DNA of 64,000 nucleotides from Acidobacteriota bacterium (GTDB lineage Bacteria; Acidobacteriota; Terriglobia; 20CM-2-55-15): NCBI GenBank assembly GCA_003223875.1, contig QHWY01000086.1, positions 33,233 to 97,232 of the forward strand, read 5' to 3'. Shown piece by piece: positions 28,478 to 39,500 of this stretch (position 1 is its first letter; each line of letters starts with the position of its first letter). The notes under the pieces were generated by a model. It saw only the letters and a program-made list of their open reading frames with translations, ran no database searches and was not told where the DNA came from. The position numbers and the translations under genes were made by a program.

Positions 28478-29135
28478 GCGCGCGGCCCCAGGCAACGAGG
28501 TGAAGGACATCGGTCTGATCCACTTGGAATTCCGGCATAGCGGCGGAGATCAGTTGTTGCCGGATTTCATCTAACGAATATGCGGCGTGCAGCGATGCGA
28601 TGAAATCCCGCTCCAGGACGGGCAGTGCCCCTTTGGCGTGCTCCTTTACAAGTTCGACAGCAGTCTGATGATCAGGAGGACGGACGAGATCGATAATCAT
28701 CACGGGCGCGCCGGGCTTGACGCATCGGGCGGCGGTGCGCCAAAAAACCCCGGGGTCGGCAAAGTGATGAAGCAGGCTATTGCAAAGAACGGCGTCGAAA
28801 TTACGTTTTTCTAAAGAAGCATCGGGAAGATATCGCTTCTCTAAAGTGATCCGCGACTCCAGGCCGGCGTCACGAACCGAACTTCGGCCGAATGCGAGCA
28901 TGGCATCCGAACCATCGACACCGAGAATGGTAACCGCCGGAAAAGCCTTCGCGAATCGGATCGTTACGTCCGCCGTGCCGCACCCAAGGTCAATGACACG
29001 CCCCGCGGCAAAATCGGGAAACCGCTCGCGAAAATAGCCCGGGATCTTTCCATGCGATTCACTCCAGTCCGCGGCCGCATATGCGGCGGCCTGGTCTTGG
29101 TCGTCCATCAATTCGGGTTCAGGTATGCGTTGCAT
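28470..29135 (-). CDS. Class I SAM-dependent methyltransferase
   Basis: Motif I VIDLGCGTADVT. N-terminus MQRIPEPELMDD is typical of this methyltransferase subgroup. Start placed at the internal ATG; the longest ORF extends to 29261. Confidence 0.65.
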   Translation of the reverse strand: MQRIPEPELMDDQDQAAAYAAADWSESHGKIPGYFRERFPDFAAGRVIDLGCGTADVTIRFAKAFPAVTILGVDGSDAMLAFGRSSVRDAGLESRITLEKRYLPDASLEKRNFDAVLCNSLLHHFADPGVFWRTAARCVKPGAPVMIIDLVRPPDHQTAVELVKEHAKGALPVLERDFIASLHAAYSLDEIRQQLISAAMPEFQVDQTDVLHLVAWGRALI

Positions 29136-29238
29136 CTTTTTAGCGTCGGGCCCACCGTCGATTGATTGCTGCGCTCTGTCGTGCTTGCGTTCGCACCGCT
29201 CACGCCGGATCGCCTCGGTACACCGCTTCGCGGCCTTC

Positions 29239-30009
29239 TTACCGCCGGCCGGTCCCCCCACGCCTAAGGATCTCTAGTATCTCATCTACAGCGATGTCTT
29301 CAAGTTTGCTCTTCCAGATAATGCGAACACGCCGGCCAATGGGTCCCCAAACGCGTGGGTCCGTGGGACCGAATAGCGCAATCGTTGGACAGCCGATATA
29401 GGCGGCGAGGTGCGTGATGCCGGAATCGTTTCCAATATAGGCACGGCAGTGGCGGAGGTGATGGGAGAGTACGCGCAGCCTCAAGTCCTTCGGAAGCGGA
29501 ACGCAGGCCGGCAAGCGGTTCATCAGCACTTCAAAATAAGGCCAATTCTTTTTCTGGCTACCGCTGCCGGGATGAATCACGACGGATTGCGATTCCGGTG
29601 CCCACAAGTCCGGCAGATCAGGCGGCTCGAGACTCAACGTTCTCAGTAGATGATCCGCTGCATGGCCATAAGTTGGAAACGGATCTGTTCGCAGGACGTT
29701 GGGTATTCCAGAAAGGCGGAGATTTCCGGCCAAAGTATCGTCTTTCATCCAAACAATTGCTGAATTGAATTCCAGTTCCGGAATAGGCTCGTAAAACAAT
29801 CGCGCCCACGGTTCCAATTCAATCGAATGGATCTCTCGAACGGCGACGAAGTCTGTTGCCAGTTCTAAACTCGATGGGTTACCCACCAGGGTGAATCGTA
29901 CCTTTGGGTGCTCTTTCTGGAGAGCTACCAGTGCCGGCAGGTTGAGAACAAAATCACCGATAGCACATGCTCGAATGACCAGTAGATCGTGCATTCTTTT
30001 GTAGGACAA
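29239..30009 (-). CDS. Glycosyltransferase family 9 (LPS heptosyltransferase-like)
   Basis: N-terminus LVIRACAIGDFVLNLPAL. C-terminal GNDSGITHLAAYIGCPTIALFGPTDPRVWGP is the GT9 signature. Confidence 0.7.
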   Translation of the reverse strand: MSYKRMHDLLVIRACAIGDFVLNLPALVALQKEHPKVRFTLVGNPSSLELATDFVAVREIHSIELEPWARLFYEPIPELEFNSAIVWMKDDTLAGNLRLSGIPNVLRTDPFPTYGHAADHLLRTLSLEPPDLPDLWAPESQSVVIHPGSGSQKKNWPYFEVLMNRLPACVPLPKDLRLRVLSHHLRHCRAYIGNDSGITHLAAYIGCPTIALFGPTDPRVWGPIGRRVRIIWKSKLEDIAVDEILEILRRGGTGRR

Positions 30010-30053
30010 AGCTCAAATCCGCGGCCCGCGTGGGTTCAAGCCCACTACGTCCT

Positions 30054-30082
30054 TGACGTTAGCGCATAATACTTTTAGAATA
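30054..30082 (+). promoter_or_regulatory. Candidate sigma-70-type promoter for carD
   Basis: TTGACG, a 17-bp spacer, then TAGAAT, about 20 bp upstream of the carD start. Confidence 0.35.
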
Positions 30083-30102
30083 ATCAATGTTTCCGGTGGG
30101 GC

Positions 30103-30612
30103 ATGGATACATTTGAAATAGGCGATAAAGTTGTTTATCCCAACCATGGTGTTGGGATCATTGAAAAGATTTCAAACCGCTTGGTAGCGGGCAAATTTGA
30201 ACGATTTTATCTCCTAAGAATATGTTCCAACGACATTTTGGTCATGGTGCCCACTGCAAATGCCGGCGATGTCGGACTTCGCAGGATTGTCGAACGCCGC
30301 GACGTCGAACAACTCCTTTCCTTCCTAGGCAGTAACCAATTTTTCACCCAAAAAGACTGGAAAGACCGCTTTAAAGAAAATTCCGAAAAAATGCGATCCG
30401 GCTCGATATTCCACGTCGCCGAAGTCTTTAAGAATCTGGTCTATCTCAGCCGCGTCAAACCTTTGTCGTTTCGCGAGAAACGGATGCTCGATCGCGCCCG
30501 CTTTCTCCTGGTTTCCGAGCTATCGACGGTAATGAATCAGGCGGAGTTGGACATCGAAGACCGTATCGAGAAGGCTGTCACCAGAGCCTGCGGCAAAGTG
30601 CCCGTAGCCTAG
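30103..30612 (+). CDS. carD: CarD family transcriptional regulator (CdnL-like)
   Basis: N-terminal FEIGDKVVYPNHGVGIIEKI RNAP-interacting domain. 169 aa. Confidence 0.85.
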   Translation: MDTFEIGDKVVYPNHGVGIIEKISNRLVAGKFERFYLLRICSNDILVMVPTANAGDVGLRRIVERRDVEQLLSFLGSNQFFTQKDWKDRFKENSEKMRSGSIFHVAEVFKNLVYLSRVKPLSFREKRMLDRARFLLVSELSTVMNQAELDIEDRIEKAVTRACGKVPVA

Positions 30613-30622
30613 CGTAGCCTAG

Positions 30623-31906
30623 CTACTCTCTCACCCGACTCAGCAGGTCAAAAAATCCCGGAAATGAAATATTGACACAATCCGGATTTTGTATGGCCAC
30701 AGGGCCGTCTGCAAAAAGGCCGGCAACGGCAAATGCCATGGCGATCCGATGGTCGCCGAACGAATCCACGACACCGCCGTGCAGACGCTGGCCGCCGGGA
30801 ACGAACAATCCATCCGGATATTCTTCAACGTCGGCTCCGAGTGCCCGCAGGTTTTTCGCGACAGAATGAATGCGATCGCTTTCCTTGGCGCGCAGCTCCG
30901 CAGCGTCGCGAATCCTAATCCCGTTTTGACTTCGAGTTCCCAGAACAGCGAGGACCGGAATTTCGTCGATAATGTTAGGAATCCATGATCCTCCAATGTC
31001 CATGCCTTCAATCTCCGAAGCTTCCACGCCGACATCGCCAATCGACTCGCCGTTAACAACGGATAATCGCGTAATTGCAACGCGCGCCTGCATCTTCACG
31101 AGCAGGCTGATGTAGCCAGTACGTGTTGGATTCAAACCAATTCCCGTCAATCGCAGTCCGGAATTCGGAACGGCGAGAGCCGCAGCAATGAAAAATGCAG
31201 CGGCCGAAGGGTCCCCAGGAACGGAAAATTCCTTACCGCGCAACGTACCGCCTCCCTTGACCTCGATTGTATTAGCCATATTCCGAATGCGCGCGCCGAA
31301 TTGAGCCAAGGCGATCTCAGTGTGATTGCGGGAAACGACCGGCTCGTGCACCTTTGTCACGCCGCGCGCCTGCAATCCGGCGAGCAGCACGCAGGATTTC
31401 ACCTGAGCGCTGGGGATCGGCAACGTGAAATTGATCGCATCGAGGTTGCTGCCACGTATTCTTAGAGGAAGGTAATTTCCGTCTCTGGCTTCAATGGCGG
31501 CCCCAAATTGCCGGAGCGGCTCAATGATGCGCTTCATCGGCCGGCGCGAGAGCGACTCGTCTCCAACGAAGGTTGTTTCGAACGGAGACCCCGCGAGAAG
31601 ACCAGACATCAATCTCACCGTCGTACCGGAGTTTCCCGCATCCAGGACTCGTGAAGATCTTTCTAATCCATGAAGGCCACGCCCATGAATGGTGACTGTC
31701 GAGCCATCCCGTTCGACGTGTACACCAAGATTCCGCAAACATTCGAGCGTGCTCTGGCAATCGACGCTTTCGGCAAAATTGTGGATCGTAGTTACGCCTT
31801 CGGCTACGGCGGCAATCATCGCCAAACGATGACTGATGGATTTATCAGCCGCTACAGACGTCTCTCCGCTCAGTCTCTGGGCTGGCTTGATTTCCAGACG
31901 ATCCAT
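30623..31906 (-). CDS. aroA: 3-phosphoshikimate 1-carboxyvinyltransferase (EPSP synthase)
   Basis: LSGETSVAADKSISHRLAMIAA...GNSGTTVRLMSG...RPMKR... motifs. 427 aa. Confidence 0.95.
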   Translation of the reverse strand: MDRLEIKPAQRLSGETSVAADKSISHRLAMIAAVAEGVTTIHNFAESVDCQSTLECLRNLGVHVERDGSTVTIHGRGLHGLERSSRVLDAGNSGTTVRLMSGLLAGSPFETTFVGDESLSRRPMKRIIEPLRQFGAAIEARDGNYLPLRIRGSNLDAINFTLPIPSAQVKSCVLLAGLQARGVTKVHEPVVSRNHTEIALAQFGARIRNMANTIEVKGGGTLRGKEFSVPGDPSAAAFFIAAALAVPNSGLRLTGIGLNPTRTGYISLLVKMQARVAITRLSVVNGESIGDVGVEASEIEGMDIGGSWIPNIIDEIPVLAVLGTRSQNGIRIRDAAELRAKESDRIHSVAKNLRALGADVEEYPDGLFVPGGQRLHGGVVDSFGDHRIAMAFAVAGLFADGPVAIQNPDCVNISFPGFFDLLSRVRE

Positions 31907-31946
31907 AGTCGAAGATTAGCACGGTCATTGACTTTGCATAAGCCTC

Positions 31947-32414
31947 GTGTTACCAAGGGGGGCAATGAACTCGAAACGACAGCGGCGTTTCGAGCTGACG
32001 ATTCCGAGCCGGCTCGAAGAAATGCAGGCTGTGCACGCTTTGATAGCGGAAGCAGTAAAGGAATACAAGCTCAGCAGCGAGATGGCCCATTGGATCGAGT
32101 TGAGCATCAGTGAGTCCATGATCAACGCAATTCAACACGGCAATAGAGCCGATCCCGCCAAACAGGCCACGCTTCGGATCTCATCCAGCGGCGACGCCAT
32201 CGAAATCATTGTGGAAGACGAAGGAAAGGGTTTCACGTTGGACAAAATCGCCGATCCTACCGACAAAGCAAACCTGTTGAAGCCGAGCGGGCGCGGGATC
32301 TTGATCATCCGTTCATTCATGGACGAAGTCGACCTCTCGTTCAGAAAAGGCGGCGGATGCCGGCTCCGGATGGTGAAGAAACTTCGTGGGGTTGATGGAG
32401 CTCACCCGAAATGA
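31947..32414 (+). CDS. Anti-sigma regulatory factor (RsbW/SpoIIAB-like serine kinase, HATPase_c)
   Basis: N-box HGNRADP and the G-boxes DEGKGF and GRGILIIRSFMDEV. Followed by the STAS gene. Confidence 0.75.
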   Translation: MLPRGAMNSKRQRRFELTIPSRLEEMQAVHALIAEAVKEYKLSSEMAHWIELSISESMINAIQHGNRADPAKQATLRISSSGDAIEIIVEDEGKGFTLDKIADPTDKANLLKPSGRGILIIRSFMDEVDLSFRKGGGCRLRMVKKLRGVDGAHPK

Positions 32415-32755
32415 GCATCGTCATCAATCCGAGGCGTCTGGACGACGTTGTCATTTTGGATCTCAGCGGCCGAATCACCATGGGCGAAGGCACCCTCGTC
32501 ATACGCGATCGCATTAAAAAGCTGCTTCAGGCTGGCGATCAGAAGTTTCTGTTAAATCTGGCCGACGTCGATTACATCGATAGCTCGGGTCTCGGCGAAT
32601 TGGTCACTTCATTCACGACCGTTCGCAATCAGGGCGGCCAGCTCAAGCTGCTGAACCTGACGCGCCGCGTTCAAGATCTCCTCCAAATCACCAAGCTCCT
32701 GACGGTCTTTGAAGTTTTCAACAACGAAGCCGAAGCAATCAAAACGATGAAGTAA
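32411..32755 (+). CDS. STAS domain anti-sigma factor antagonist (SpoIIAA/RsbV-like)
   Basis: DYIDSSGLGELV contains the phosphorylatable Ser in the canonical context. 114 aa. Confidence 0.8.
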   Translation: MSIVINPRRLDDVVILDLSGRITMGEGTLVIRDRIKKLLQAGDQKFLLNLADVDYIDSSGLGELVTSFTTVRNQGGQLKLLNLTRRVQDLLQITKLLTVFEVFNNEAEAIKTMK

Positions 32756-32854
32756 TTATGCGGCGCGGATTGTAACGGCGCTCTGTGTGCGCCGACAGTC
32801 CTGCAAATTAGACCGACGGTCATAGAAGCTTCAGCCCTGAGTCAGAGTTGATGG

Positions 32855-32961
32855 GCTTTGCACAAAAAATCCTGGGCGGTCATAGACCGCCCCTACAGCT
32901 TGGGGTGCGCAACTGTAGGGGCGCTCTATGAGCGCCCCCGATGTATTTTTTGTGCAAAGCC
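32855..32961 (+). repeat. MITE family A copy 3
   Basis: Full-length element flanked by direct repeat gagttgatgg (32845..32854 and 32962..32971). Confidence 0.8.
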
Positions 32962-33095
32962 GAGTTGATGGCAGCGAAAAGCCCTGAAAGGGCGACATAT
33001 TCTGCCGCCCCTTCTGGGGGCTGTTCGATCTACTGTACGTCGCGGCCTGGGCTACCTTCTGTCGCCGCTTCGCGGCGAAAACGCCGCTACAGTTC

Positions 33096-33308
33096 TTAAG
33101 AAAGCCCAGACGGTACCAGGCTTAGAGGTGAGCAGGCTTCTTCGAGGTCTGAAGCAACTTCCGAAATAGCTGTTCGTCTGAGGTCTTCCACAGACACATC
33201 GGCAATCAGCACATAGGTCTCGCCATCTTCAAGCGCGGCCACCAGCTCGCGGTCCAGAAGTTTAAACTGCCGGTTGTATGCATCGTATTGAACTCTAATC
33301 AAGACCAT
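33096..33308 (-). CDS. hypothetical small protein
   Basis: ATG with a GGAGG RBS. 70 aa, no recognisable motif. Confidence 0.3.
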   Translation of the reverse strand: MVLIRVQYDAYNRQFKLLDRELVAALEDGETYVLIADVSVEDLRRTAISEVASDLEEACSPLSLVPSGLS

Positions 33309-33517
33309 AAAGAGACCTCCTGCCGGTCGCCACCAAACAAAAAAGCCCTCAAAACCGCCTGTTTTGAGGACCACATTGTCAAACTAGCACGTCACTGTGC
33401 TGATCGCTGATCTTCTTTTAGGAACTGGTGGAACTTATGTCAAGAGATTTCCCGGAAACGGCGCGGCCAGGAGTAAAGGTTCAGCCGCCGAAGGCCGAAA
33501 ACAATAGGTGGAAGACT

Positions 33518-34315
33518 ATGTTCACCCTGTGTTTGGTGCTGTTGATGAGTCCGATCCGATGGGCGGCGTACTACTCGGATGTTCCGCCGGCCGGCGGGTT
33601 CCGTGATTTTCAGATGCTGATCCTGGATAGCGTCTATCATCCGCCTCTCGACGAATTGAGCAGGGGCCGAACACTGCTCGGCTATATCAGTGTTGGAGAG
33701 ATTGAACAGACGCGCAGTCCTTTCAAGCCAGCTAAGGCGAAGGGCGTCCTCGCCGGCGAAAATGAGAACTGGAAGGGCAGTTTCTTTGTCGACGTGAGGA
33801 GCACGTGGTGGGTGGATCAAGTAAAGATCGCGGTACGCCATGCGCTGGATCAAGGATTCGACGGCGTGTTCCTCGATACGATCGATGATGCGGAGTACCT
33901 CGAAGACAAGGATGCCGCCGTCTTTCGCGGAATGAAAGACGCCATGGTCCGGCTGATCCTTGAAATCCGCCGCGAATTTCCCGCAATTCCGATCGCCGTT
34001 AACCGCGGTTATGCCATCGTGCCGAAGATCGGTCCATCCGTCGATTTCATTTTGGGAGAATCCGTCTTCTCGGACTACGACTTCGCCTCGAAGAGCTATC
34101 GCCGCGTTCCGCAAAAAGATTATGCAGAGCAGGTGAACGTGCTCAAGGCAGCAAGACAGCGCAATCCGAAACTGAACGTCCTCACGCTGGACTATTGGGA
34201 CCCAAAGGACGCGGCAGGAATCAGCCGCATCTACCGGGAGCAGCGCACAAACGGATTCAGCCCCTATGTGTCGACCGTTGAGCTGGATCGAATTCTCCGG
34301 GAGCCGATTCCGTGA
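33518..34315 (+). CDS. Secreted GH114-like (endo-alpha-1,4-polygalactosaminidase / PelA hydrolase-domain-like) protein
   Basis: Signal peptide MFTLCLVLLMSPIRWAA. GYISVGEIE...WWVDQVKIAVRHALDQGFDGVFLDTIDDAEYLE matches the GH114 TIM-barrel core. The longest ORF starts at 33428. Confidence 0.65.
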   Translation: MFTLCLVLLMSPIRWAAYYSDVPPAGGFRDFQMLILDSVYHPPLDELSRGRTLLGYISVGEIEQTRSPFKPAKAKGVLAGENENWKGSFFVDVRSTWWVDQVKIAVRHALDQGFDGVFLDTIDDAEYLEDKDAAVFRGMKDAMVRLILEIRREFPAIPIAVNRGYAIVPKIGPSVDFILGESVFSDYDFASKSYRRVPQKDYAEQVNVLKAARQRNPKLNVLTLDYWDPKDAAGISRIYREQRTNGFSPYVSTVELDRILREPIP

Positions 34316-36564
34316 AAACCGCCTCACGCTTCATTGCACGATTGCTGATTCCCGTTTTTTACGTTTGGGGCCTTGCCTCAGGCGCTGCCGCAACGCCCCG
34401 TCCACTCCCCCGAACGATTCTGGCGCTGTATGACAGCACCTACGACCAGGAGATCCAAGATACGCCGATCCACCAGATCGTCGAAATGCCGCTCAATCAT
34501 TTGGGGCTGATCGTGAGATATCACGACATCAATAAGGGGTTGCCTCGCCTCGAGGAAATGCAGGACGTCCGTGGTGTCATAACCTGGTTCGAATCCGACG
34601 CCATGGTAGATCCATTAGGTTTTCTTGCATGGGCCGATTCCCAGATCGCCAGCGGAAGAAGGATTGTGGTGATCGGTGAATTGAGCGCGAGCCGTGATTT
34701 CAAGAACCATGTCACTCCGCTTTCTACCATCAATCGCTTTTGGGACAAGCTTGGACTTCGCAGCGAAGACGAGTGGACAACCGTCACCTATGCACATCGC
34801 GTCGTTCGACGCGTCCCGTCGATGGTGGAATTCGAGCGTCCGCTGGAAGGAGTCCTGCCGGCATTTGCCCAAATGAAGAAGACGGATCCGAGCGCGGTGT
34901 CCTATCTCAAAGTAAGGCGGGAATCCGATTCAAATTCCGAGTGGGATCTGGTCGTAACAAACCGCAACGGAGGTTACATCGCCGGCGGCTACGCTCATTA
35001 CCATTCGCGAGATTTCACGCAACGCCAGTGGTACATCAACCCTTTTGAATTCTTCCGAATCGCTTTCGATACCGACAATCTTCCCAAACCGGATACGACC
35101 ACATTGATGGGCCGCCGCATCTTTTACAGCCACGTTGATGGCGACGGATGGCGCAACCTCACAGAAGTCAGTGGCTATAAAACCAGGAGAGCGCTTTCGG
35201 CTGAAGTAATCTTGAATGAGGTGATCCGAGCCTTTCCGGATCTGCCCTTCACGGTCGCCCCAATTGCTGCCGACATCGATCCCGAATGGTACGGCACTCC
35301 CGAAAGCCTCGACATTGCGCGACGCATCCTGGCCCTTCCCAACGTCGAAGCGGGAACGCACACGTACAGCCATCCCCTGGACTGGAAAGCACTAGTGGTG
35401 GAAACTGCGACGACGTCGAAGCCCACAACCATACTCGGAATGGGCATGGCGGTATTGCCTTCGAGCATGCTGAAGATCCTGTCGGGTTTACTCGATCCCG
35501 CGGGCAAAGTCGCGGGCGAATCCCGCGCCCGGATTTCTACGAAGTACGAAAAACCGCGAACGTACGATCTGCGGCCATTCGATCTGGATCACGAAATCCG
35601 AGGATCAGCCGCATTCATTTCGAAATTGTTGCCGGTCGGCAAAAAACTGGAAGTCGTGCAGTGGTCGGGAGACACGACTCCGTTTGAGGCAGTTGTGGCT
35701 GCGAGCCGCGCAGCGGGTCTGCGAAATATCAATGGTGGCGCTACCAGATATGACGAAGAACGGCTTTCTTACGGCTGGGTTTCGCCTCTGGGCCGCCAGG
35801 TTGGGTCGACTTGGCAAATCTACGCTTCAAACAGCAATGAGAACAACTACACGGAATTGTGGACCGACCGATTCTTCGGATTCCGGTATTTGACTCGGAC
35901 GATCAACAATACCGAATCTCCGAGACGAGTCAAACCCATCAACGTGTACTACCACATGTATTCTGGAGAGAAGCTCTCCAGTTTGCGTGCTCTCAAAGAA
36001 AACCTCCAATACGCAAGCTCACTGGAGATTTGTCCAATTACCGCCAAAGACTACGCCGCCATCGCGGACGGTTTTTATACCACTTCGATTGACCTCGTCG
36101 GACCGAGCAGTTGGCGGATCCGGAACCGCGGTGATCTCCAGACGATCCGTTTCGACGCCGCTTCAGATTGGGAAATCGATTTCCGCAACTCCACCGGAAT
36201 CATCGGTCAGCGTTACGAAACGGACCGGCTCTACGTCACCCTCGATGCCGCTGCCAATGCGCCCATTGTTACATTGCAGCGCCGAACTTCCCCGCTTCGG
36301 CCGTATCTGATCCAAAGCCGCTGGCGCGTCTCGGACTTCGATCGTGAAGCGAAAGGATTTCGATTCGTCGCCACCGGTTACGGCACGGGTTTTCTGAAAT
36401 GGAAACTGCCGCACGCCGCGCGGGTGTCGGTTAAAGCACGCGACCATTCCGGTCACGAGTGGAAGCAAGAACTCTTTACAGATCCAACGGGCGTGCTGGA
36501 TCTCAGAATTCCCCTGACCGCTCTACAGCCGCTTCTAGTCACGGTGGAGGAAACCGGCTCATGA
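34312..36564 (+). CDS. Secreted polysaccharide deacetylase-like (CE4/NodB motif) multidomain protein, PelA C-terminal-region-like
   Basis: GTG start overlapping the upstream stop (GTGA), with its own signal peptide. HTYSHP is a NodB-type His motif. 750 aa with extra beta-rich domains. Confidence 0.6.
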   Translation: MKTASRFIARLLIPVFYVWGLASGAAATPRPLPRTILALYDSTYDQEIQDTPIHQIVEMPLNHLGLIVRYHDINKGLPRLEEMQDVRGVITWFESDAMVDPLGFLAWADSQIASGRRIVVIGELSASRDFKNHVTPLSTINRFWDKLGLRSEDEWTTVTYAHRVVRRVPSMVEFERPLEGVLPAFAQMKKTDPSAVSYLKVRRESDSNSEWDLVVTNRNGGYIAGGYAHYHSRDFTQRQWYINPFEFFRIAFDTDNLPKPDTTTLMGRRIFYSHVDGDGWRNLTEVSGYKTRRALSAEVILNEVIRAFPDLPFTVAPIAADIDPEWYGTPESLDIARRILALPNVEAGTHTYSHPLDWKALVVETATTSKPTTILGMGMAVLPSSMLKILSGLLDPAGKVAGESRARISTKYEKPRTYDLRPFDLDHEIRGSAAFISKLLPVGKKLEVVQWSGDTTPFEAVVAASRAAGLRNINGGATRYDEERLSYGWVSPLGRQVGSTWQIYASNSNENNYTELWTDRFFGFRYLTRTINNTESPRRVKPINVYYHMYSGEKLSSLRALKENLQYASSLEICPITAKDYAAIADGFYTTSIDLVGPSSWRIRNRGDLQTIRFDAASDWEIDFRNSTGIIGQRYETDRLYVTLDAAANAPIVTLQRRTSPLRPYLIQSRWRVSDFDREAKGFRFVATGYGTGFLKWKLPHAARVSVKARDHSGHEWKQELFTDPTGVLDLRIPLTALQPLLVTVEETGS

Positions 36565-39500
36565 AGAAAATCCACTACCTCGCATTCGCGTTTTTGACGC
36601 TGGCTGGGGCCGTTTTGAGTATCTTGCTCGTGCCGGGGAAAAGTGAGCTTGCGCTCATTCATTTCAAAGACAAGGAATACGAGGTCGCGCGCCGTTCTTA
36701 TGAAGAACGATTTATGGCGGGAGATCGATCCGTGAGCGTTGTCATTCCACTGACGCAACTTTATCTGCAGTTCGGAGATGTCGAAAAAGCCGTGCAGCTC
36801 ATGGAGAGTTTCGTTGACGAGAACCCGAATGATGTGGCGGCCTTGAAAAGACTGGGAAAGTTTTTCCAGTATGCGGAACGTCCTCACGACTATCTAACAA
36901 TTCTCGAACGCATTGCGGCTCTCGAGCCCGGCGAGGCCTATTTCCGGGAACTGTCCGATATTTACAATTTCAACGCTCAATACGAAAAACAGATCGAGAT
37001 TCTAAAAACTCTCATCGATAAATACCCCAACAGACCTCAAGACTTCATCGATCTGGCAAACCTCGAAGCCACCAACGGATCGATCGTCGAAGCTGAGGCG
37101 ACCATGCGACGGTTCGAGGCAATCCATCCTGAAGCCATGACGGCGGAGACAACAGAGCTTCATGTGAACTTGCTCCTGGACGCCGGCAAGCCGCAAACCG
37201 CCTTGACGCTGGCGTCAAAGGGGATCAAGCGAGAAAACAATTACGAGACGGTCGTCCATTTCGCCGACCTATTGAATTTCAAAAAACAACCGGCCTTGGC
37301 GCTGCGCCTCGTTGAGCCCTATGACAAAGCTGCAGACAATTATCCGACTCTCCTCCGCTCGATCGTTCTGTTGTGGATCGGAAACGGAAAATCGGCTGAG
37401 GCATATGATCGTCTGAAGCGGCTACACACTGCGGGTACTCTGCCCGAAATTGTGGTTGAACCTTTTGTCGATCTTGCGCTGCAGCATCGCGAAATCGACT
37501 TTGCGATTTCCATCGGTGAAGAGTACGACCTTACGATTCTCCCCAATTGGCTTCTGGCCGGCCTCGCAGAAGCCGCATTGTCGCAACAGAAGAAAGATTT
37601 TCTGGCCCGCATGGTTTCTGAACTCGGAGATGGATTTCTCAACCAGAACCCCGTTTTGGCGGCCCAACTGGCCCTTGCCCGAAATGACGCAACATCAGCG
37701 CTGCGGTGGATTGAACGGGCGGACAAGGACTCGACACTCGAGATGGGACAGCGAATCACACTCGCAACGCTCTACGTCAGCCTCGGCCGTCGCGACGATG
37801 CGCTTCGTTGTTACCAAGAGGCGGCCTCGAGACCCGACGTTCCGGACTACGTCTTTCTTCAACTCGCCGGACTATACATGGAGCAGCAAAAAGCGGAGCA
37901 GGGTCTGAAGCTGCTCGAACCACTGCGAGCGAAACGTCATTCCACCGATTTTGAAACGGCATGGGCTCTGCTGGCCGCAGCAGCGGGCCGCGGCGATGAT
38001 GTTCTCGCCTGGCTCGCTAGCGCCAACGCGCAGAAGTTGAGCGTTCAGTCGTTCAGCGACATCTACTTTGCGGCGATGGAGGCGGCACAGCCGAAGCTGG
38101 CTGTCGCCGTTGCCGAACGGCTATATCGGCAGCGTCACAGCGCTGACGATCAACTGCACCTCGTCAATGCCTTGATGGCAGCATCGCGCCCAGCAGAGGC
38201 CCTCAAATACTTACGTCCACTCTTGGCGAACGGCACCAGCCGTGACGGAGGCGATCTTTCGGAAAAAGAACAAATATATGTCGCAGCGTTGAACGCTGCG
38301 TTGGAGGCGGGTGAACCTGTCAGCGCGGAGTTGAAATCGTTCTGGTCGCGCCGTCTAGGTCAAAGCCATCTGCCCGAGAGCAAACGCGAAGAGATTGTTT
38401 ATGCCCTGCTGGACCTCAAAGACGACGCAGCCGTCCTCCCCATTTTGGAACAGTTTGCAAAAACCAAGGATTCCCAATGGCTGTTCGCATTTGTGGACGC
38501 CTCATTGCGCGCCGGAAAGAAGGATCGGTTACTGCAATTCCTTCAAACCGAAGTCAGCCGCAAAGATCTCAACCTTACAGCAAGGGAAAAATACCTGCGG
38601 CTGTTGATTGAACAGGGTGGAGACGCTTTGGCTCTGTCGTTCCTCCGGCAACTTGCCGATGAAGACATTGACGAGTGGATACAGGTTTATGAAGAGACCC
38701 TCGCCAGGTTGGATCGTAAACGAGAACTCATTGATTTTGTGAGGGATCGCGCGAAGCGTGTTGCGGTCTCGGATGCGGAACGCCGATCCATTGCCAGCCG
38801 CCTGTTAGAGCTGGGTGACAAGAGATCCGCTGAGCAGGAGCTACTGAAATTAGCCGCTGCGGCTCCGCCCGACAGTCCCGACGTTTCGCAACTACTGTAT
38901 TTGTGGGGACCCAGACCGGGCCTGGCTGCGCTGGATTGGCTCGAACAGCGGGGACGATCCGCGTCAGGTGCGTCACGGGCGGCGTGGATGCGCCACCTGA
39001 TTAACCTCGGCTCTGCAAGCCGCGCTGTCCGGTTGGTGACGAAAGAAGTCGCGACGGACCGATCTGTCGTAGACGCCTATATCGATGCACTGGTCGCAGT
39101 TGATGATAGGTCGGTGCTCGGAAATGTCCTCGATAGCGCTGTGGAAAGAGAAAGCGATCCGGCTGGTCTGCGGCGCTTCGGCCGAATCGCGATGGAAAAT
39201 GGAAATGCGAATACGGCCAGGTTGGCATTCGAAAAATTGTTGCGAGCGCGTCCCGATGATCGTCAAGGGCTGAAACGGCTCGGCTCGATAGCGCTATGGC
39301 AAGGAAACTTTTCGGTAGCACGGCGAATGCTGACGCGATTAGACGATCTGGGTGGCTCCGATTATGAGAGCCGTTTTTATCTGGGGGAAATTCTGACGCA
39401 TGATCACGATCCCGCAGCACGGCGCCAATATCAGCGGAGTCTTGAAATGCTCGAGGCCTCAAAGGACCAGACGATCGCAGCGAAAACGATTCAAGCGCAG

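Noticed and set aside
30028-30062. tRNA-like T-arm (GTGGG-TTCAAGC-CCAC followed by TACGTCC) in the heptosyltransferase/carD intergenic region
   Set aside because: Only about 45 nt of tRNA-like sequence is present. It has no D-arm, anticodon arm or complementary 5' acceptor strand. At most it is a tRNA 3' remnant; more likely it is a chance match beside a promoter.
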